Below, piece after piece: positions 61,248-64,000 of a stretch of 64,000 bases of DNA. This stretch comes from Andalucia godoyi And28. Its lineage: Eukaryota; Protista; Jakobida. The position numbers and the translations under genes are program-made. The stretch spans positions 89,051 to 153,050 of the forward strand of contig VRVR01000062.1 of assembly GCA_009859145.1 (NCBI GenBank). Direction: 5' to 3'. The notes beneath the pieces are model-generated. The model was not told where the DNA came from. It ran no database searches and saw only the letters and a list, made by a program, of their open reading frames with translations. The stretch's first letter is position 1; each line of letters starts with the position of its first letter.

Positions 61248-62723
61248 ATGGAGCCGACTTATTCTCGTTCGGATTTTTCAGAGGTTGGTTCGGATGTTTC
61301 GTCAGGAGACGACGAGCTGGTGGCGTCGATTCGGAACCAGCTTGAGCATGCACAGAAGCATCGACCGGTGCGGTGTATAGGGGATCGCATCTTTACGAAT
61401 CGGTCTCTTCGGATGGACAGTGTGAGAGCCATTGGATTTGACATGGACTACACGCTTGCGGTGTACCGACCGAAATTGGACTCGGTTGCATATGCTATGA
61501 CGCTGCAGAGGGTCATCAAGAAGGGCTATCCTGCGGAACTCGAGTCCTTGCAGTTTGATCCATCTCTTCCCAATCGTGGCATCATTCTGGACAAATCGAC
61601 TGGATGCATGCTTCGCACGGATCAGTTTGGTCACATTCTTTCTTGTGCCCGCGTCTCGTCTGCACCCATGGAAAAATCAGAGTGGCGGAAGCTTTATCCC
61701 AGCTCGGAAATCAATCCTCACCTAATTGGCTCGCGGTACTATGCATACGACACGCTTTTTGGGCTTCCGGAACAATGCATGTTTATGCAGATTGCGGAAG
61801 TGTTGGCCAAGGCAGATGTGGAGGTATCATACTACAATCTCTTCGAAGACATTCGTAATTCCATGGATTCGCTGCACTGGGATGGGTCGTTGAAGTCGAT
61901 CATTCTCGCGAACCCGCAAGAGTACATTGTTTCCGAGCCAGAAAAGTATCAGCGTTTGTTTACGCATATGCGCGAAGCAGGGAAAGTTATATTTTTGCTG
62001 ACGAACTCCGATTATCCGTATTCAAACGGCGTGCTGTCATTTTTGTTTGGGACACCGAATTGGAGGCAGTTTTTCGATATTGCGATTGTTTCCGCATCCA
62101 AGCCAAACTTTTTCAATCTTGGCACGACTCTTCGGGAGGTCGATATCGAGACAGGAAATCTGCGACTTTCGCAGGTGTCGGAAACATTCAAGCCTGGCGC
62201 TATTTACTCCGGAGGAAATATTGGAGAATTCATGAAGAGACTTGGGGTTCCGGGGTATTCAGTGCTATACGTCGGAGACAATTTATCCCATGATTTGATT
62301 TCCAATCGCTCCGCCTTTTCAGAGTGGCGAACGATGTACATTGTTCCCGAAATAGAACACGAAGACCGAGTGTTTCGGTCTTGCATCCCAGACCTCAGAC
62401 GCGCTATTCATTTTGAAAGCCTTGTTCGAGAGACGGAGGATGCGCTTGGTCGGGATTCAGAAGAGCTTGTCACTCTTCGAAATCGAACTCGAGAACTGGT
62501 CCGCGGCGTGGAACTGAAATTCAATCGTCTTCACGGCAGCATTTTCCGCTCTGGGAGCAGCAAGCTCACATTCTTTGCATATTCGGTGCAACGGTTTGCG
62601 GATATCTACGGGTGCTCAGTCTTGAGCTTGCTCAAGTATGACCTCTCTTCGGTATTCTTCATGGGAAACAGCAAGCGGGTTGTTCACGAACCCTGGGATT
62701 GGAATTCTAATTTCCTCGAGTAG
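61248..62723 (+). CDS. HAD-IG 5'-nucleotidase (cN-II/NT5C2-like), 491 aa
   Basis: IFTNRSL, GFDMDYTLAVY (motif I), LLTNS (II), KPNFF (III), LYVGD (IV), WRT..IVPE.E.E, GSIFRSGS...FFA..V.RFADIY. Confidence 0.95.
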   Translation: MEPTYSRSDFSEVGSDVSSGDDELVASIRNQLEHAQKHRPVRCIGDRIFTNRSLRMDSVRAIGFDMDYTLAVYRPKLDSVAYAMTLQRVIKKGYPAELESLQFDPSLPNRGIILDKSTGCMLRTDQFGHILSCARVSSAPMEKSEWRKLYPSSEINPHLIGSRYYAYDTLFGLPEQCMFMQIAEVLAKADVEVSYYNLFEDIRNSMDSLHWDGSLKSIILANPQEYIVSEPEKYQRLFTHMREAGKVIFLLTNSDYPYSNGVLSFLFGTPNWRQFFDIAIVSASKPNFFNLGTTLREVDIETGNLRLSQVSETFKPGAIYSGGNIGEFMKRLGVPGYSVLYVGDNLSHDLISNRSAFSEWRTMYIVPEIEHEDRVFRSCIPDLRRAIHFESLVRETEDALGRDSEELVTLRNRTRELVRGVELKFNRLHGSIFRSGSSKLTFFAYSVQRFADIYGCSVLSLLKYDLSSVFFMGNSKRVVHEPWDWNSNFLE

Positions 62724-62818
62724 TGCAGAACGGCTTTCTTCGTTTCTTCGTTTCTTCCTCTCTCGTTGTTCCGGATCTCTCCAGGTAAGCCGGACGTTTC
62801 GACCTACCTTCCTAGCCC

Positions 62819-62836
62819 GGGGGGGGGGGGGGGGGG
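62819..62836 (+). repeat. Homopolymer G18
   Basis: Read directly, about 95 bp after the nucleotidase stop. Confidence 0.9.
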
Positions 62837-63508
62837 CGTGCACTTTGCGCAAGAGCGTGCGACATTCCAGACGTTTTCGGAAAATTGTAAAACGCAATCT
62901 CACTTTTGTGTCACCAGGAAAAATGCCATCATTTCACAGTGCGCGGCTTCGGCTTCTTCACAGGAAATCACGAACCAGGTTCCGGATCCACCGACTGCAG
63001 TCTCCATGTGTGAACGAATATCCGTTTTTTCTTTTCTTTTTCTTTTATTATTTTACATTTAAAAAATTGCAAGAGGCAAAAAAACAAAAATGAAAAACGG
63101 AACGAGAAATGCTTGCAGGTCATGTATGCGAACGGATCAGTCCTCTGGGCAAGAAACAAAAACTGCAGAATAGAGCAAGGGAAAAGACGGAGAATCTGCA
63201 TTTAATAACATGTCCTTGCGTTATTCCACAACAACACACCGGCAACCCGAATTCTTCGTCCGCAGGGAATCGTCCGAGATTCGTGGTGCAGCATTTCTTG
63301 ATGTCGCAGTCGTTTACAAGCGAAAGAAATAAGGACGTGGACACTAACACTGCCTTTACTACACAAATCAACAACTAGCTCACTTTCACGGTCGTACGGG
63401 TAAACTACTTTAAAAAGCAAGCAAGAAGTCTCTTTTGATCCATGGAACTGCTCGCACGACGATTTGTTCAGGTGCAATATCTGTAGCAGGAGACCAGTTG
63501 CTCGTTTC

Positions 63509-64000
63509 ATGGCTGATATTGCGCGGCAAGCAGAACTCTTTGACCGAGTCATAGCACACGGACCAAAGCTTGTTTTTGCAGTGAAATGTCTCGTTGCAAT
63601 CGTCGTTGATATTATTGCTCTGAGCATGCTGGACGGCATGACGCTCTTTGCGACTTCAGCCTTCAAGGATGATTTTCAGACCAGCTACAATCCCACCTAT
63701 GCCAAGCTGACCTACGATGCGAACTCGCGAACCGTTGACATCATTTCTGTGATTGGAGTGGGCCGCTGTAATCCGCATGCGCGTGCGACGTGCTGCGCGT
63801 GGGGATCCGGGCCGGCTGCCCCGTCCGATAGTATTTGCATCAGCAATTTATCTTTCGCGCCGATTAATGATTTGTATGATTTTACACTTGTGGCAGGCAT
63901 TCTCTTCGTTCTTTCTTACTCATTCCTCCTGATCTTCATGCTCTTTGTCTGGTCGAAATGGTGCACGCTGGCTTTGTGGAGGATGTACTTTGCTTTCTTA
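63509..64000 (+). CDS. 3'-truncated hypothetical membrane protein (absent from the ORF track because the stop is outside the window)
   Basis: My translation from ATG 63509 is open to the window end: MADIARQAELFDRVIAHGPKLVFAVKCLVAIVVDIIALSMLDG...CNPHARATCCAWG...CISNLS...FTLVAGILFVLSYSFLLIFMLFVWSKW... It shows TM, a Cys-containing loop, then further TMs. Confidence 0.7.
   Translation, partial: MADIARQAELFDRVIAHGPKLVFAVKCLVAIVVDIIALSMLDGMTLFATSAFKDDFQTSYNPTYAKLTYDANSRTVDIISVIGVGRCNPHARATCCAWGSGPAAPSDSICISNLSFAPINDLYDFTLVAGILFVLSYSFLLIFMLFVWSKWCTLALWRMYFAFL

Noticed and set aside
62775-62795. U1 snRNA 5' end (CTTACCTGG on the minus strand)
   Set aside because: The downstream sequence is purine-rich with no U1 stem-loops or Sm site. 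It is just a CAG|GTAAGC donor-like string on the plus strand.
1-64000. tRNA, rRNA, transposase or integrase genes
   Set aside because: No cloverleaf with D and T arms, rRNA signature, terminal inverted repeats with target-site duplication, or RT/transposase motifs were found by eye.

Overview
Gene-dense, nearly intron-free eukaryotic nuclear DNA read with the standard code. It carries about 30 protein genes separated by short AT-rich spacers with microsatellites. The content (CEP19, tubby, CFAP298, CFAP44, fibrillarin, SWC4/DMAP1, URI, an XRCC3-like gene, MOGS, NDUFA1, a TmcB-like PAS-adenylyl cyclase) points to a free-living flagellated protist; a discoban or jakobid-like organism is only an inference. 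No rRNA, tRNA, CRISPR array or transposon could be supported. The most notable feature is a 5.7-kb block (32.7-38.4 kb) of five consecutive bacterial-type genes around one divergent promoter, inserted among ciliary genes. They encode a LysAC-type diaminopimelate decarboxylase, a single-domain Fluc/CrcB fluoride channel, a VOC/glyoxalase protein, a beta-lactamase/PBP-fold protein with an altered SxxK motif, and a VanX/DdpX D-Ala-D-Ala dipeptidase. A bacterial-type M23 metallopeptidase at 6.3-7.1 kb contains the only clear spliceosomal intron in the window. Together these suggest a horizontally acquired toolkit for salvaging peptidoglycan and detoxifying bacterial prey. This interpretation rests on motif recognition by eye and was not tested by database search.
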